Assembly (NCBI GenBank): GCA_029855935.1
Contig: JAGSHN010000008.1
Coordinates: 1-56,017 of the forward strand
Source of the DNA: Candidatus Thorarchaeota archaeon
GTDB lineage: Archaea > Asgardarchaeota > Thorarchaeia > Thorarchaeales > Thorarchaeaceae
Length of the DNA: 56,017 nt
Direction: 5' to 3'
In this document: piece by piece, positions 19,129-29,337 of the stretch
How positions within the stretch are numbered: position 1 is the first letter of the stretch
Layout: every line of letters begins with the position of its first letter
Position numbers and translations under genes: made by a program
The notes under the pieces: generated by a model
The model's input: the letters and a program-made list of their open reading frames with translations, nothing else
Database searches by the model: none
What the model was told of the DNA's origin: nothing

Positions 19129-21174
19129 TTGAGAGCCCGCGTCATCGCCGCATCGGCCTTAGTTCTCATCCTTGTCGTGGCTGTCTCGTTTGTTGCTTTC
19201 CGCCTTCTCGCGACCGCTCCCACCGAGACACACACGTCTGAAGAGGACACTGAGCCCCCTAGAATGACGATACTCTCTCCCTCCGACGGGTCTACCGTCT
19301 CCGGTACTGTGACCATCGAGTTTGAAGCGGCTGACAACGTCGCCATTGACAGTCTTCAGATTCTCATCGACGGTTCGCTCAGGGCCACCGACTCAATCTA
19401 CATTTGGGACACCACGGCGGAGTCGAACGGACCGCACAACATCCTGTGCCGAGCGTCGGACACGTCCGACAACTGGGCCGAGAGAGGAATCTCTGTTCTC
19501 ATCAACAACACATCGTCGAATCCCCCAGTTGCGGGCGAGGCAATCAAGGTGATGACCTACAACATCGAGCAGAGCGGTGCAGATCCGGACTGGAAACAGG
19601 TAATGAGAGAAGAGAACCCTGACATTGTCCTCCTCGTCGAGACGGGGACATTCGACGACAACGGCAATCAGACTCTCAATGAGATCGTGAACGAACTGAA
19701 TGCGTTCTTCCCCAACGAGACTCCCTACGTGGGGTATTGCGCTCAGGGCATCAGCTTCTGGACAGACGGTGAGGCCATCCTGAGTAGATATCCAGTAGAC
19801 AGGTTCGTTCAGGTCTCCTCTGTACGGCTGGACAATGGATCCTGGTACAACCTTGCGCACGACTTCATTGATGTGACGATAGACGCTGAGGGCGTGCCGC
19901 TGCACGTAGTCGGCGTCCATCTCAAGGCGCAGGCTGGGATTGAGAACGAGTGGCGACGGGAGAACGAGACGGAGGGGATAATCAACTATCTGGACGACCT
20001 TGGGGATGTGCCTCTCATACTGATGGGCGACTTCAACTCGTTCTCACCGGACGACACGGGCGCCCTTGCTCCCAAGGGCGACCTCGGCTACGGGCCGCTG
20101 ACAATGTTGCTTCATCCTGATGACCCCGTATACGGACAATGGAGCTCGGAGGTGCACCAGTTCACCGACGCCTTCAGGGCACTGAACCCGGATGACCCGG
20201 GCTATACCTATGGTCATCAGGACCCCAGTCACAAGTCGAGAATAGACTTCCTCTTGGTCAATCAACAGATCGCGTCGCATCTGATCAACTCTACAGCTGG
20301 GGACACTCCATCAGCCGACACTGGCTCGGATCATTACCCCGTTGACGCATTTATCCAGTGGGGGTCGGAGAACGAGAGTGACACCACTCCACCAGGGAGG
20401 GTGGTCGGTGTCAGCGTGGATGAGGTGACCCTGAACAGTATTCGGCTGTCCTGGGTGCCGAACACAGAGAGCGACCTGTGGCACTATCTGGTGTTCAGGA
20501 ACGGCAGCCTCATCGGGCAGCCTGCCGAGGCGTCTTTCACCGACTCCGGGCTATCACCAGCGACGACCTACCGCTACGAGGTCGCGGCAATCGACCGGGA
20601 TGGGAACGTGGGACCGCACTCCGACCCGGTGGCGGAGACGACACTCGCTAACTACGTGGCGGACCACGTCGTCATCAATGAGTTTCTCCCCGACCCAGAC
20701 ACGCTCTATACCGAGGAATGGATTGAGCTATACAACCCATTGGACTCCGATGTCAATCTCTCGGGCTACATGCTCGATGACATCGTGGGAGGAGGTACGG
20801 CACCATATACCATTCCTCAGGGGACGATCATCTCGGCCCACGGATTCCTAGTGTTCTACGGCAATGTCACCGGAGTGATTCTCAACAACAGCGGTGACAA
20901 CGTGACATTGCTGATGCCAGACGGCGTCACCGTGGTCGACTCTCACTCCTACTCCTCCTCGTCGAACGATGTCAGCATCGGCAGGACTCCCGACGGCGGT
21001 AGCACGTGGACGACGTTTACGACCCCGACGCCTGGTGCGAGTAACGGCGGAGGTGGGTCGTTTGACATCGGCTGCGGGCTCACAGATGATAGGATGGTAC
21101 TTGCAGACGTTCGTCCCGCGCAACTGCATGCGAGAATGATCATCAGAGAGCACGGTTGCGGCCGAGACACATAG
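19129..21174 (+). CDS. Membrane-anchored/secreted endonuclease/exonuclease/phosphatase (EEP) with Ig, FN3 and lamin-tail domains
   Basis: N-terminal TM. EEP motifs MTYNI, GDFNS, RIDF and SDHYPV. FN3 motif LSPATTYRYEV. Lamin-tail motifs VVINE, EWIELYN and PTPG. Confidence 0.85.
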   Translation: MRARVIAASALVLILVVAVSFVAFRLLATAPTETHTSEEDTEPPRMTILSPSDGSTVSGTVTIEFEAADNVAIDSLQILIDGSLRATDSIYIWDTTAESNGPHNILCRASDTSDNWAERGISVLINNTSSNPPVAGEAIKVMTYNIEQSGADPDWKQVMREENPDIVLLVETGTFDDNGNQTLNEIVNELNAFFPNETPYVGYCAQGISFWTDGEAILSRYPVDRFVQVSSVRLDNGSWYNLAHDFIDVTIDAEGVPLHVVGVHLKAQAGIENEWRRENETEGIINYLDDLGDVPLILMGDFNSFSPDDTGALAPKGDLGYGPLTMLLHPDDPVYGQWSSEVHQFTDAFRALNPDDPGYTYGHQDPSHKSRIDFLLVNQQIASHLINSTAGDTPSADTGSDHYPVDAFIQWGSENESDTTPPGRVVGVSVDEVTLNSIRLSWVPNTESDLWHYLVFRNGSLIGQPAEASFTDSGLSPATTYRYEVAAIDRDGNVGPHSDPVAETTLANYVADHVVINEFLPDPDTLYTEEWIELYNPLDSDVNLSGYMLDDIVGGGTAPYTIPQGTIISAHGFLVFYGNVTGVILNNSGDNVTLLMPDGVTVVDSHSYSSSSNDVSIGRTPDGGSTWTTFTTPTPGASNGGGGSFDIGCGLTDDRMVLADVRPAQLHARMIIREHGCGRDT

Positions 21175-21242
21175 AACTTCAATGGTAACGCAATTATCCC
21201 CGTGTGGCACATCGTCTACGCGAATTGGAGAATGCGTGATAC

Positions 21243-23762
21243 ATGAGGAGCGTAGAACTGACGCCGCTTCAGGCGGCTATGCTGGCCCCATTCGCAGCCG
21301 GAATCTACTGGACGGGCTATGCTGTTCCTCTCCTTGTTCGTGTCCCGATTCAACTCGTGACAGGTCTCACAGGACTCATCATACTCCCCGGACTGGTCGT
21401 GAACAGCCACATCTTCACGACTCGGGGAGAGAGGGCCGGATTGGCAATGGCCGTGATCTCGGGAATTGTCGTGAATCTCATCTCTGTGGAGGCACTCTTT
21501 GTCATCTCGTCGCTATGGTCTGCTGCAGTGCCATTTGCCCTTTGGGTCTGGGCCATTGCCATAGCGGTCAGCCTAGTCGGTATCGTCGTTAGACGTGAGA
21601 GCCTCGCGCTCCTTGAGGGGCAGCTACTTGCTGACATAGGGCGGCCGACACTTTCAATCATTGCACTGGGCATAGTCATCAGAGTGACCCTTGCCATTGT
21701 GGCACAGGACTGCATCGCGCCCGATGCGGCACTGTACGCTGACTATGCACGCCATATTGTCACGGAGGGAAGATTCCTCTCGAACGTATCAAATGATGGC
21801 GCGGTTGTCTACGTGGGCGAGAATGCTCACTTTGTTGCTCATCAGGGATTTGCATTCCTCTTTGCCGTCGGATGGCTCCTCCTCCCACCGACCGTGTCGG
21901 GACCAACGGTTGTTCTCATCTCAATCGGCTGCGGACTGCCAGTGCTGGCCTTCACTCTGACAAGACTCGTCCTTGACGCTCACGCAGCACGGTGGGTGGC
22001 CGCTGTCATCGCCGTCCATCCGCTCTTCGTGTTTCACTCCGCTGTCGCCTATGGTCCAGAGATGACGAGTCTCGCACTGATTGTGGTACTCGCCATCCTA
22101 CCGATTGGAGGCAGAGGTGCGGCTCGACGGTCTCAGCTCTTCTATGCAGGTGTTCTCGTCGGGGCCGTAGACATCGTCTGGTTTGCAAACTTCTATCTAC
22201 TTGTGGCGGTCATTGTCGCGTTGCTTCTGTATAGGACACGGGAGAATCCGATCAGGAATATCTCGTTGGCCGTAGTGTTTGGGATTGCGCTCCTGATTCG
22301 GCAGAGCATGCTCATCAGTATTCTGCTCGCTGGCGCTTCCGCGGCATTTCTTATTGTCGCCCTTGCGCGGCGCGTGAGTGCCGGCTCAATGAATGAAAAC
22401 ACCTATGCGCTTCTGACGGGATTGTTCGGTTCCCTGTTTGTGTTCAGATGGGAGTTCTTTCTCGGTGTTGCCAATCAGGTCTACGGCGCCCCGAGTGTGG
22501 CTGTTCCTCTCACCGGACTCTCACGGCTGCTTGCGACAGCCCACGTCTTAGGTCAGTTCTCGATCTTCCTTGTGTTCCACTCAACTGTGCCGGTCCTTCT
22601 GTTGGCTCTCTACGCCTGTCGCATCTCGAATTCCGGAGACTGGACCCGCTCTGCCGCTCTGGCCACAGTTGTCGCCGCCTTAGGTACTCTTTTCGTCTAC
22701 GGCGGCTACACCAAGCAGGTCCTTGTACCGAGATACGTGTACTCAGACTCGCGGTTTTTCCTGTTCATCACTCTGACTCTGATAGTGATGAGCGCGCGGT
22801 ATTTTGCTGAGAGAAGTCTTCCAATGGTCCGGCGTTCTCCCTACAAGCGCGAGCAGATCATTGCAGCGGGGATACTTGCTGTCACCGTGGTCGGTCTTGC
22901 GCCCGGTTACCTCGCGTATCCAGCAGGGCTCGAGCTCGTGGACATCCAGAGCAGGTACGGGTGGAACGACATCGTCGCACAGGCCTCGGCTGCGGCTGGT
23001 GAGGACGCGGTCATCATAGTGGACAGGGCCCGGGAGTTCGCATGGCTGACAGGTCTCAGAACGGTGGTCCTCTACCTCAGTGAGGAACGGCTCTCCTCAC
23101 TTCAAGCGGGACAGGAGATCTCTCTGCTGGCCGAGCAGTTCAATGCCACACATCTGTTGCTTGATGACTATACTCTGGCACACTGGGGAATACTTGAGTA
23201 TGCTCTTGTCGACCCGCTCGCGCCAGATGAGCCTCTCATACTGTTCTCTGACCAACTCTCTCAGGAGTCGGCACCCGCAACCGTACGGGCAACGGCCCTC
23301 AGAGTGGTGCTGGAGAGCAGCATCAATGAGTACGGACGCAGATCAAGACTCCTTGAGTTCACGACGGCAGAGTTTCATCGGACGGAGAACATCACATTCC
23401 TCGGGGACGGCTGGTCAGCTGGAAACGACGGCACACTCTCTAATGTGAGTGGCGCATGCAGACTCGAGATAGGCGAGGGACAGGATTACACCTTCACAGT
23501 CCGCAGGCCGGGAGAGCCGTTGATACTGAACACCACCAGCGGTTTCGGCATTCTGTACGTTCAGGAGGTCTCAGCGACTGTTGCCCGGGTTGAGATCTGG
23601 GACTCCGACGGAACTCTGCTCAGATATGCAGAGCGCATTGATGACCAACGGTTCTACATCCCCTTCGGCGATGTCAGCATCGGTGACATCCGCGTGGTCA
23701 TCGAGGGAAATCCCGGTGCCTATGTCACGATTGGTGGTTTCAGTGTCTGGTATTGGAAGTGA
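21243..23762 (+). CDS. Polytopic membrane glycosyltransferase (GT-C/ArnT-PMT-like)
   Basis: Many TM helices, a PDAALY loop, a HPLFVFHS...PE motif and a soluble C-terminal domain. Confidence 0.65.
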   Translation: MRSVELTPLQAAMLAPFAAGIYWTGYAVPLLVRVPIQLVTGLTGLIILPGLVVNSHIFTTRGERAGLAMAVISGIVVNLISVEALFVISSLWSAAVPFALWVWAIAIAVSLVGIVVRRESLALLEGQLLADIGRPTLSIIALGIVIRVTLAIVAQDCIAPDAALYADYARHIVTEGRFLSNVSNDGAVVYVGENAHFVAHQGFAFLFAVGWLLLPPTVSGPTVVLISIGCGLPVLAFTLTRLVLDAHAARWVAAVIAVHPLFVFHSAVAYGPEMTSLALIVVLAILPIGGRGAARRSQLFYAGVLVGAVDIVWFANFYLLVAVIVALLLYRTRENPIRNISLAVVFGIALLIRQSMLISILLAGASAAFLIVALARRVSAGSMNENTYALLTGLFGSLFVFRWEFFLGVANQVYGAPSVAVPLTGLSRLLATAHVLGQFSIFLVFHSTVPVLLLALYACRISNSGDWTRSAALATVVAALGTLFVYGGYTKQVLVPRYVYSDSRFFLFITLTLIVMSARYFAERSLPMVRRSPYKREQIIAAGILAVTVVGLAPGYLAYPAGLELVDIQSRYGWNDIVAQASAAAGEDAVIIVDRAREFAWLTGLRTVVLYLSEERLSSLQAGQEISLLAEQFNATHLLLDDYTLAHWGILEYALVDPLAPDEPLILFSDQLSQESAPATVRATALRVVLESSINEYGRRSRLLEFTTAEFHRTENITFLGDGWSAGNDGTLSNVSGACRLEIGEGQDYTFTVRRPGEPLILNTTSGFGILYVQEVSATVARVEIWDSDGTLLRYAERIDDQRFYIPFGDVSIGDIRVVIEGNPGAYVTIGGFSVWYWK

Positions 23763-23846
23763 CCCCGCCCGTGGGCGGAGATGCTCTGGCAGAATACTTA
23801 TGCTATGTCAGACATTACACTATGAACGGGGCAGGCGCCAACTGAG

Positions 23847-24158
23847 ATGATTGGTCACTTGTGTCGACAACACTGAGAACACACGTGCTTGGTCGCACAG
23901 GCTGTTGCGACCTGCCTAAGACAGAGAGAGGAGAGAAGTCCTGTGAGGCTGGTTGATAAGGTCGACAGATGCATAGATCTGGGCGCAATTCTTATCGAGG
24001 TGCCTCTGGCGCACTTCAACCGGGTCAGTGAAGAGGAGCGTGACGCAATACGGCGGCTCTGCCACGCGAACAGTGTGGATCTCCAGCTCACCACCGGCTC
24101 GCGTGTTGTGGCCACCATAGTGTATCCTGACCGCGGCAAGATTAGAGTGAGCATCTGA
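23847..24158 (+). CDS. Small hypothetical protein; in-frame TGA at 23874 if the ATG at 23847 is used (otherwise starts at 23889)
   Basis: MIGHLCRQH*EHTCLVAQ... is in frame with the 23889-24158 ORF. Confidence 0.4.
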
Positions 24159-24327
24159 AGGGACAGCATCGCCCGAATGTGCGACTCTTGGTCCAGACCC
24201 TGGTATCGTAGTCTGCCTCCGCGGAAGCTTTTTCTTCGAGTCAGGCGAAGCCTCATCACTACGACATCACCGCGTTCAGTCCCAGGAGTACGGTGGCGGA
24301 ACGTGGTAGTGCGGAAGGGACAGAATA

Positions 24328-24792
24328 ATGAAGCGCGCTCTGATCATATACGAGAGTCTCTACGGGAACACAGAACGTGTGGCCCATCTCATTGCCGAGG
24401 GAATCAAGAACGTTTCGGGTGCGGAGTGTGTGGTCAAGAGAGTTGGCGAGGTCCACCCAGATGTTCTCGCCGAGTACGACATCCTCCTGTTCGGGAGCCC
24501 CAATCACAATCAGGAGCCATCGCGAAACCTGCTGAAGTTCCTCGACCGTGTCGCCATCGTGGACCTCTCTGACAAGTGCGTCGCAGCATTCGACACGTAC
24601 ACAGGCGGCAACAAGGGGATAGCGGTTGGCAAGATAGAGGAGTACATCAGGCAGCATCTCAAGGGGGTCAATGTGCTTACTCCCGGACTGTCGGCTAAGG
24701 TCGCAGGACCAAAGGGGCCACTCGTCGACGGTGAGGAGGAACGCGCAAGGGAGTTCGGGGAGAGGCTGGCGTCTGAAGTCACTCGTGGCTGA
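24328..24792 (+). CDS. Flavodoxin-like protein
   Basis: IYESLYGNTE FMN loop, GSPNH, AAFDT and GPKGPL. Confidence 0.9.
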   Translation: MKRALIIYESLYGNTERVAHLIAEGIKNVSGAECVVKRVGEVHPDVLAEYDILLFGSPNHNQEPSRNLLKFLDRVAIVDLSDKCVAAFDTYTGGNKGIAVGKIEEYIRQHLKGVNVLTPGLSAKVAGPKGPLVDGEEERAREFGERLASEVTRG

Positions 24793-25339
24793 CTGAGCGA
24801 GCTCACGGCGCGGCGCAGCCAGACAAAATTGCAAGCCCTTGGTGAAGAACTCACTTGTCTAGTTGCCCAACCATACAGGGTGGTGGCAGCGCTCAGCAGG
24901 GATTGATACCACGAGTAGGCTTGTCCTTAGGCTGCACATTGCTTGGTATTTCCTGACATAGAACTGGCCCCCGGTTTCTACTGGCGAATGTGTAGACAGG
25001 ACGATAGATTTCAAGAACCGATACTTCCTGGCCGAACCGGAGAAGACGGGAGTCTGGAATGGCTGACACAAATATGCGTGGACGGCCTCGGGACGAGTGT
25101 GCTGACAACGGGTGACCCGCCAAAACAATACCTCGTATCACTTGAGAGAAACAAGTCTGGGTCAGTCAACCTGCCAAGTTCCATCTGGCGAGATGAGTCC
25201 GGTGAGTGAAGGCGGGAGGTCGCAAGGACAGACACAATCTCTGTTGCGTGGGAGCAGGATGTCGAAACTACGATACACGGGGCAGTCACGGTAAGGATGA
25301 CAAAGGTGGCAGCCCTGAAATTGACATGCCCCCATGAAA

Positions 25340-25353
25340 TGACGAACCCGTCA
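25340..25353. promoter_or_regulatory. Palindromic operator-like site TGACG-AACC-CGTCA upstream of beta-helix gene A
   Basis: Identical copy at 29225-29238 and a TGAC-N6-GTCA variant at 33184-33197, each about 90-100 bp before a paralog start. Confidence 0.55.
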
Positions 25354-25453
25354 GGATCTTGGACCGAACCGGCGACTTCGATTTGGCCGGCATAGAGCGC
25401 GGAACATACACACAAGAGATATTACTTAGGCCACGCGGGAAGGCCTCGGGTGG

Positions 25454-28207
25454 ATGATTTTGATTGCGACGCGCCGGCATCATTCTTGGTCATACCTCTT
25501 GCTTTGCGCTGGGCTAGTGGCTTTGTTCCTAGTTGGCACGCTAGGTAGCAATCCAGTCACCGAGTCTATTCCTCTGAACGGCGGAATCAGCACCTATCGA
25601 GACTATGGAGGAGAATCCGAGGTTCTCTTGCCGCAGCATACGGTTTCTGCCTATACTCCTCACGGTCCAATCACAATCACCTCCGACGCGGACTTTGCAT
25701 CTCAGGGCTGGCCGGGGAATGGCACAGAGTCCAATCCCTACGTAGTAGAGGGATTGAGCATAGCCGCTGGCGGAAACTGCATCTCCATCTCAGACACAAC
25801 GGTCTGTTTTGTGATACGCGACTGCCTGCTCACGGGGGGGAACTCCGGAGATGGAGTGTCTCTGGAAAATGTAATCCGTGGAAGAGTGGAGGGATGTGTG
25901 ATCTCAGAGAAAAGTAATGGTGTGTATCTGGTCCACTCGTCGAACAACAGTGTAGTGAACAACACCATCTCACACAACGATGGTGATGGTGTGTTGGTGT
26001 TCAATTCTTCGACTAACAGTGTAGTGAACAACACCATATCAGACAATAGTGGTGATGGCGTATCCCTGTTCGACTCCTCCACCAACAATACTGTGGTCAA
26101 CAACACCATCTCACAAAACTATGATGATGGTATATACCTGTACGACTCCTCCTCGGGCAACAGTGTAGTGAACAACACCATATCAGACAATGTTGATGAC
26201 GGCATATGCCTTGAGTCTTCTTCGAACAACTGTGTCGTCAACAACGAGTTTGTGAATAACGGAATTCTCATACTTGGGACCACGCTATCGGACTGGTTCC
26301 AGACGGTCACATCCAACAACACAGTGAATGGAAAAATGCTGGCCTACTTCACTGGCCTGACAGGAGGCGTAGTCGATGGAAGTCAGTACGGTCAGGTGAT
26401 CCTTGTGAACTGTACGGGAGTGAGAGTACAGGATGGCCTGTTCGTCAAGAGCGCCGGTGGAATAGAACTGGCCTTTTCCTCCAGCAATATTCTGATCAAC
26501 AACACGATCTCAGACAACTCTGACTATGGTGTGTACCTGTACTCTGCCACGAACAACAGTGTGGTGAACAACACCATCTCGGACAATGGCGATGGTGTGT
26601 ACCTTGGTTCCTCCTCGGGCAACAGTGTGGTAGACAATACCATCTCGCACAATGATGATGGTGTGTACCTGTGCTCCGCCTCAGACTACAACACTGTGGC
26701 GAACAACACGATCTCAGACAACTCGAACTATGGTGCGCTCCTGGACTCCTTCACGTCAAACAATCAGTTCTATCTCAACATTTTTGTTGGGAATGACAAC
26801 AACGCGGGCGACTATGGCTCAGACAACCACTGGAACACAACAGGAATAGGCAACTACTGGTCAGACTACAGTGGCACTGGTGTCTATAGCATTCCTGGTT
26901 CTGCAGGTTCGATAGACTACCATCCGAGGACATGGGATGTAACTCCTCCGAGCATCGACCACCCCGCGGACGTTCTGTACAACGAAGGAACTACAGGACA
27001 TTCAATCATATGGAGTCCAAGCGATGCTCATCCTGCCAGCTACGAGATCTATCGGAACGGTAGTCTTCTGGACTCAGGGAGCTGGACTGGTGGCAGCATC
27101 ACAGTTCTCGTCGATAATCTTGCAGTGGGAACATACAACTTCACCATAGTGGTCTATGACAAGAGTGGTAACTATGCCAGCGATACCGTGTTTGTCACGG
27201 TAAGGCCGGGGATTGCTACGATACCTCCACTAGGACTGTCTATGCCGGTTGCAGTAGCAGTCCTACTAGGCTCTGTCGCTGTCGTATCCGTTTCTGCGGT
27301 GGCATTTGTCCGTCGTCGCACTCGGATTAGAATTCAAACAATTGAAACCACTGAAACGGCTCCTCTCCTCGAGCCCCCAGTCGAAACGGGCCGGGAGTTG
27401 GTCAAGGTATACCGCGGATGCGAGATTGTGGGCGGCCGCTTTGAATACAAGGTGAAAGTGATGAATGTGAGTGGCACGGTCATCACCAACGTAGTCGTAT
27501 CCATAATCGGCCATCCGAGTGATTGTATGGAGCTCGTTGGTTCAGATACGAAGAAGATCTCGCGGATAGAAGTAGGTGGCTTCAGATCTCCACAGTTTAT
27601 CTTCGTACCGACAAAGGACTGCGTGGAGGGCAAGATCCTCGCCACGGTCTCATTCATTGACGCCCACGACAACGTCCATTCCATTGAAGTAGAGCCATAT
27701 GTAATACGGTCGGTGTGTGACCTGTTGCAACCACTCCAGATGTCTGCATCGCTGTTTGATGAACTGTTGGAGAACTTGGATCGGCGGACACAGGAGAGTA
27801 CGTTGAGATGGAACCCGCAAGTCCTGTACGAGAAGGCGAAGTCACTGCTCCCTGCGAGAAACTTTATGATCATAGACAGCGATGAGCGAATTGCAGGTGG
27901 GCAATTCATCGGGATGATAAGGGGACTTGCAGAGGGCAAATACACACGCAAGAAGGTGGCCGTTGTTGTTACGTTGATTGGTCCTGCCGAGGGACACGAA
28001 ACGAATGTGACCGTTGAGGTACTGGGCGAGGATGTGTCGATGATACCCACAACAATCGAAGAGCTGACCGAGAGAATCGATTCCTGGATCTGCCTCAGAT
28101 GCGGAGCGCCGCTGCCCGATGAAACGGTTCTGTCCATCAAGGCGGCGAAGATTGTCAAGTGTGAATACTGCGGTCACAGTCTGAGCCTAGACCTGTACAA
28201 GAAATAG
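25454..28207 (+). CDS. Cell-surface parallel beta-helix (NosD/PbH1) protein with Ig domain, TM and cytoplasmic appendage-like + Zn-ribbon tail
   Basis: Signal/TM, NNxVVNNTISxN repeats, GNYWSDY, Ig unit, TM AVAVLLGSVAVVSV-RRR, then about 290 cytoplasmic aa ending CLRC...CEYC. Confidence 0.85.
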   Translation: MILIATRRHHSWSYLLLCAGLVALFLVGTLGSNPVTESIPLNGGISTYRDYGGESEVLLPQHTVSAYTPHGPITITSDADFASQGWPGNGTESNPYVVEGLSIAAGGNCISISDTTVCFVIRDCLLTGGNSGDGVSLENVIRGRVEGCVISEKSNGVYLVHSSNNSVVNNTISHNDGDGVLVFNSSTNSVVNNTISDNSGDGVSLFDSSTNNTVVNNTISQNYDDGIYLYDSSSGNSVVNNTISDNVDDGICLESSSNNCVVNNEFVNNGILILGTTLSDWFQTVTSNNTVNGKMLAYFTGLTGGVVDGSQYGQVILVNCTGVRVQDGLFVKSAGGIELAFSSSNILINNTISDNSDYGVYLYSATNNSVVNNTISDNGDGVYLGSSSGNSVVDNTISHNDDGVYLCSASDYNTVANNTISDNSNYGALLDSFTSNNQFYLNIFVGNDNNAGDYGSDNHWNTTGIGNYWSDYSGTGVYSIPGSAGSIDYHPRTWDVTPPSIDHPADVLYNEGTTGHSIIWSPSDAHPASYEIYRNGSLLDSGSWTGGSITVLVDNLAVGTYNFTIVVYDKSGNYASDTVFVTVRPGIATIPPLGLSMPVAVAVLLGSVAVVSVSAVAFVRRRTRIRIQTIETTETAPLLEPPVETGRELVKVYRGCEIVGGRFEYKVKVMNVSGTVITNVVVSIIGHPSDCMELVGSDTKKISRIEVGGFRSPQFIFVPTKDCVEGKILATVSFIDAHDNVHSIEVEPYVIRSVCDLLQPLQMSASLFDELLENLDRRTQESTLRWNPQVLYEKAKSLLPARNFMIIDSDERIAGGQFIGMIRGLAEGKYTRKKVAVVVTLIGPAEGHETNVTVEVLGEDVSMIPTTIEELTERIDSWICLRCGAPLPDETVLSIKAAKIVKCEYCGHSLSLDLYKK

Positions 28208-28500
28208 CCACGACCTCGGCAGATACTGACGACACTCGATTAAGTCGCACGGGAGAACGCCGGGCATCCCGTGCGCACCCCAACTACCCGGCCAGCGCGC
28301 GCTGGAGTATGGTCAGCGCAGCTATTCCACCTCTCTAGTTTAGGTCGAGGCTGCCTCTTCTCCTCGAAACTGGTTTCCCCATTCCCCCATTCAAGTCAAG
28401 CCGAAAGTACTTGATAGGTCGCGATGTCCCAAGATTGTCAAACTCCTGAAACGTCTTCTCCAATGCTGAATCAGTCCCGCCTGGTGCAACACCCACGGCC
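28149..28500 (+). repeat. Segment duplicated at 37223-37570 (first 50 bp identical)
   Basis: AGATTGTCAAGTGTGAATACTGCGGTCACAGTCTGAGCCTAGACCTGTAC occurs at both sites, followed by about 300 bp of diverged but alignable sequence. Confidence 0.9.
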
Positions 28501-28510
28501 GTGGTAGAGG
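28335..28510 (-). pseudogene. Remnant paralogous to the C-terminus of the 37420-37900 nuclease-like pseudogene
   Basis: VAPGGTDS.LE....FDNLG.SR.IKYFRLDL aligns with VAPGGIDS.LE....FDDLG.SR.IKYFRLDL. Confidence 0.6.
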
Positions 28511-29224
28511 CGAGAGAACAACTTCTGAATCCCTGCATAGATATCATTTGGTTCGGCCAGTCTTGCCAACACAAGTCTTGGCTGTTGAGCTGGGCTGGGC
28601 CAACCGAGTGGAGCACTTCGGGCTGGACGTCGGTCAAGATCTCACGCTTGCGCACTCGAACGAGGTACCATCTCTCACCTATGTATCTGGGCAAAGTCTG
28701 CGGATAGCACGTTGCCCGTCAAAGTCATATCTCTCATCACTTGAGAGAAACTCATCTGAGTTCCACCCGCTAGTTTCGACTCTGCGGCTACCAGTGTGGA
28801 ATGGGCTGCGAATGGCGCTAGTGAGTTCAACATATCCCCTCTCCTCAGTTGGACTCCAAATCCATCCAACGAACGCCACGTACCAACGACACCAGGTTAC
28901 CTCCGTGTACACCAGCACTGGTAGCAGTAGGAGATTGCCCCACGCTATGTGAATTCGCCCCGTTTCAGCTGGTTCACCAGCGGATCAGTCATCGCCAGCG
29001 GCGACTGGACTTGGCACTAGCACGAATACGACTCCAATCAAGATGGCTCTTCGGATTTCGCTTTCACGTGTTCGTGTAGCGGAGGTCAGGTTGGCGTAGT
29101 CACTTGAGACGGCGCAGGCACAGACCTCGCTGAAAGGGGCGGGATTTTAGGGATACGACATACGGGGGAGCCACTGGCAAGACCGACAATGGTGCAGCCC
29201 TGAGATTTGGATACCCAAGTGTAC

Positions 29225-29238
29225 TGACGAACCCGTCA
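29225..29238. promoter_or_regulatory. Second copy of the TGACGAACCCGTCA palindrome
   Basis: Exact match to 25340-25353, inside a homologous ~170-bp leader. Confidence 0.55.
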
Positions 29239-29337
29239 AAACCGCGCACCAAGGCGGCGACTTCGATTCGGTTGGCATCGAAGAGGAACTGTACACAGAA
29301 GACATAATACATGGGCCGTGCGACGGGGCTTGGGTGG

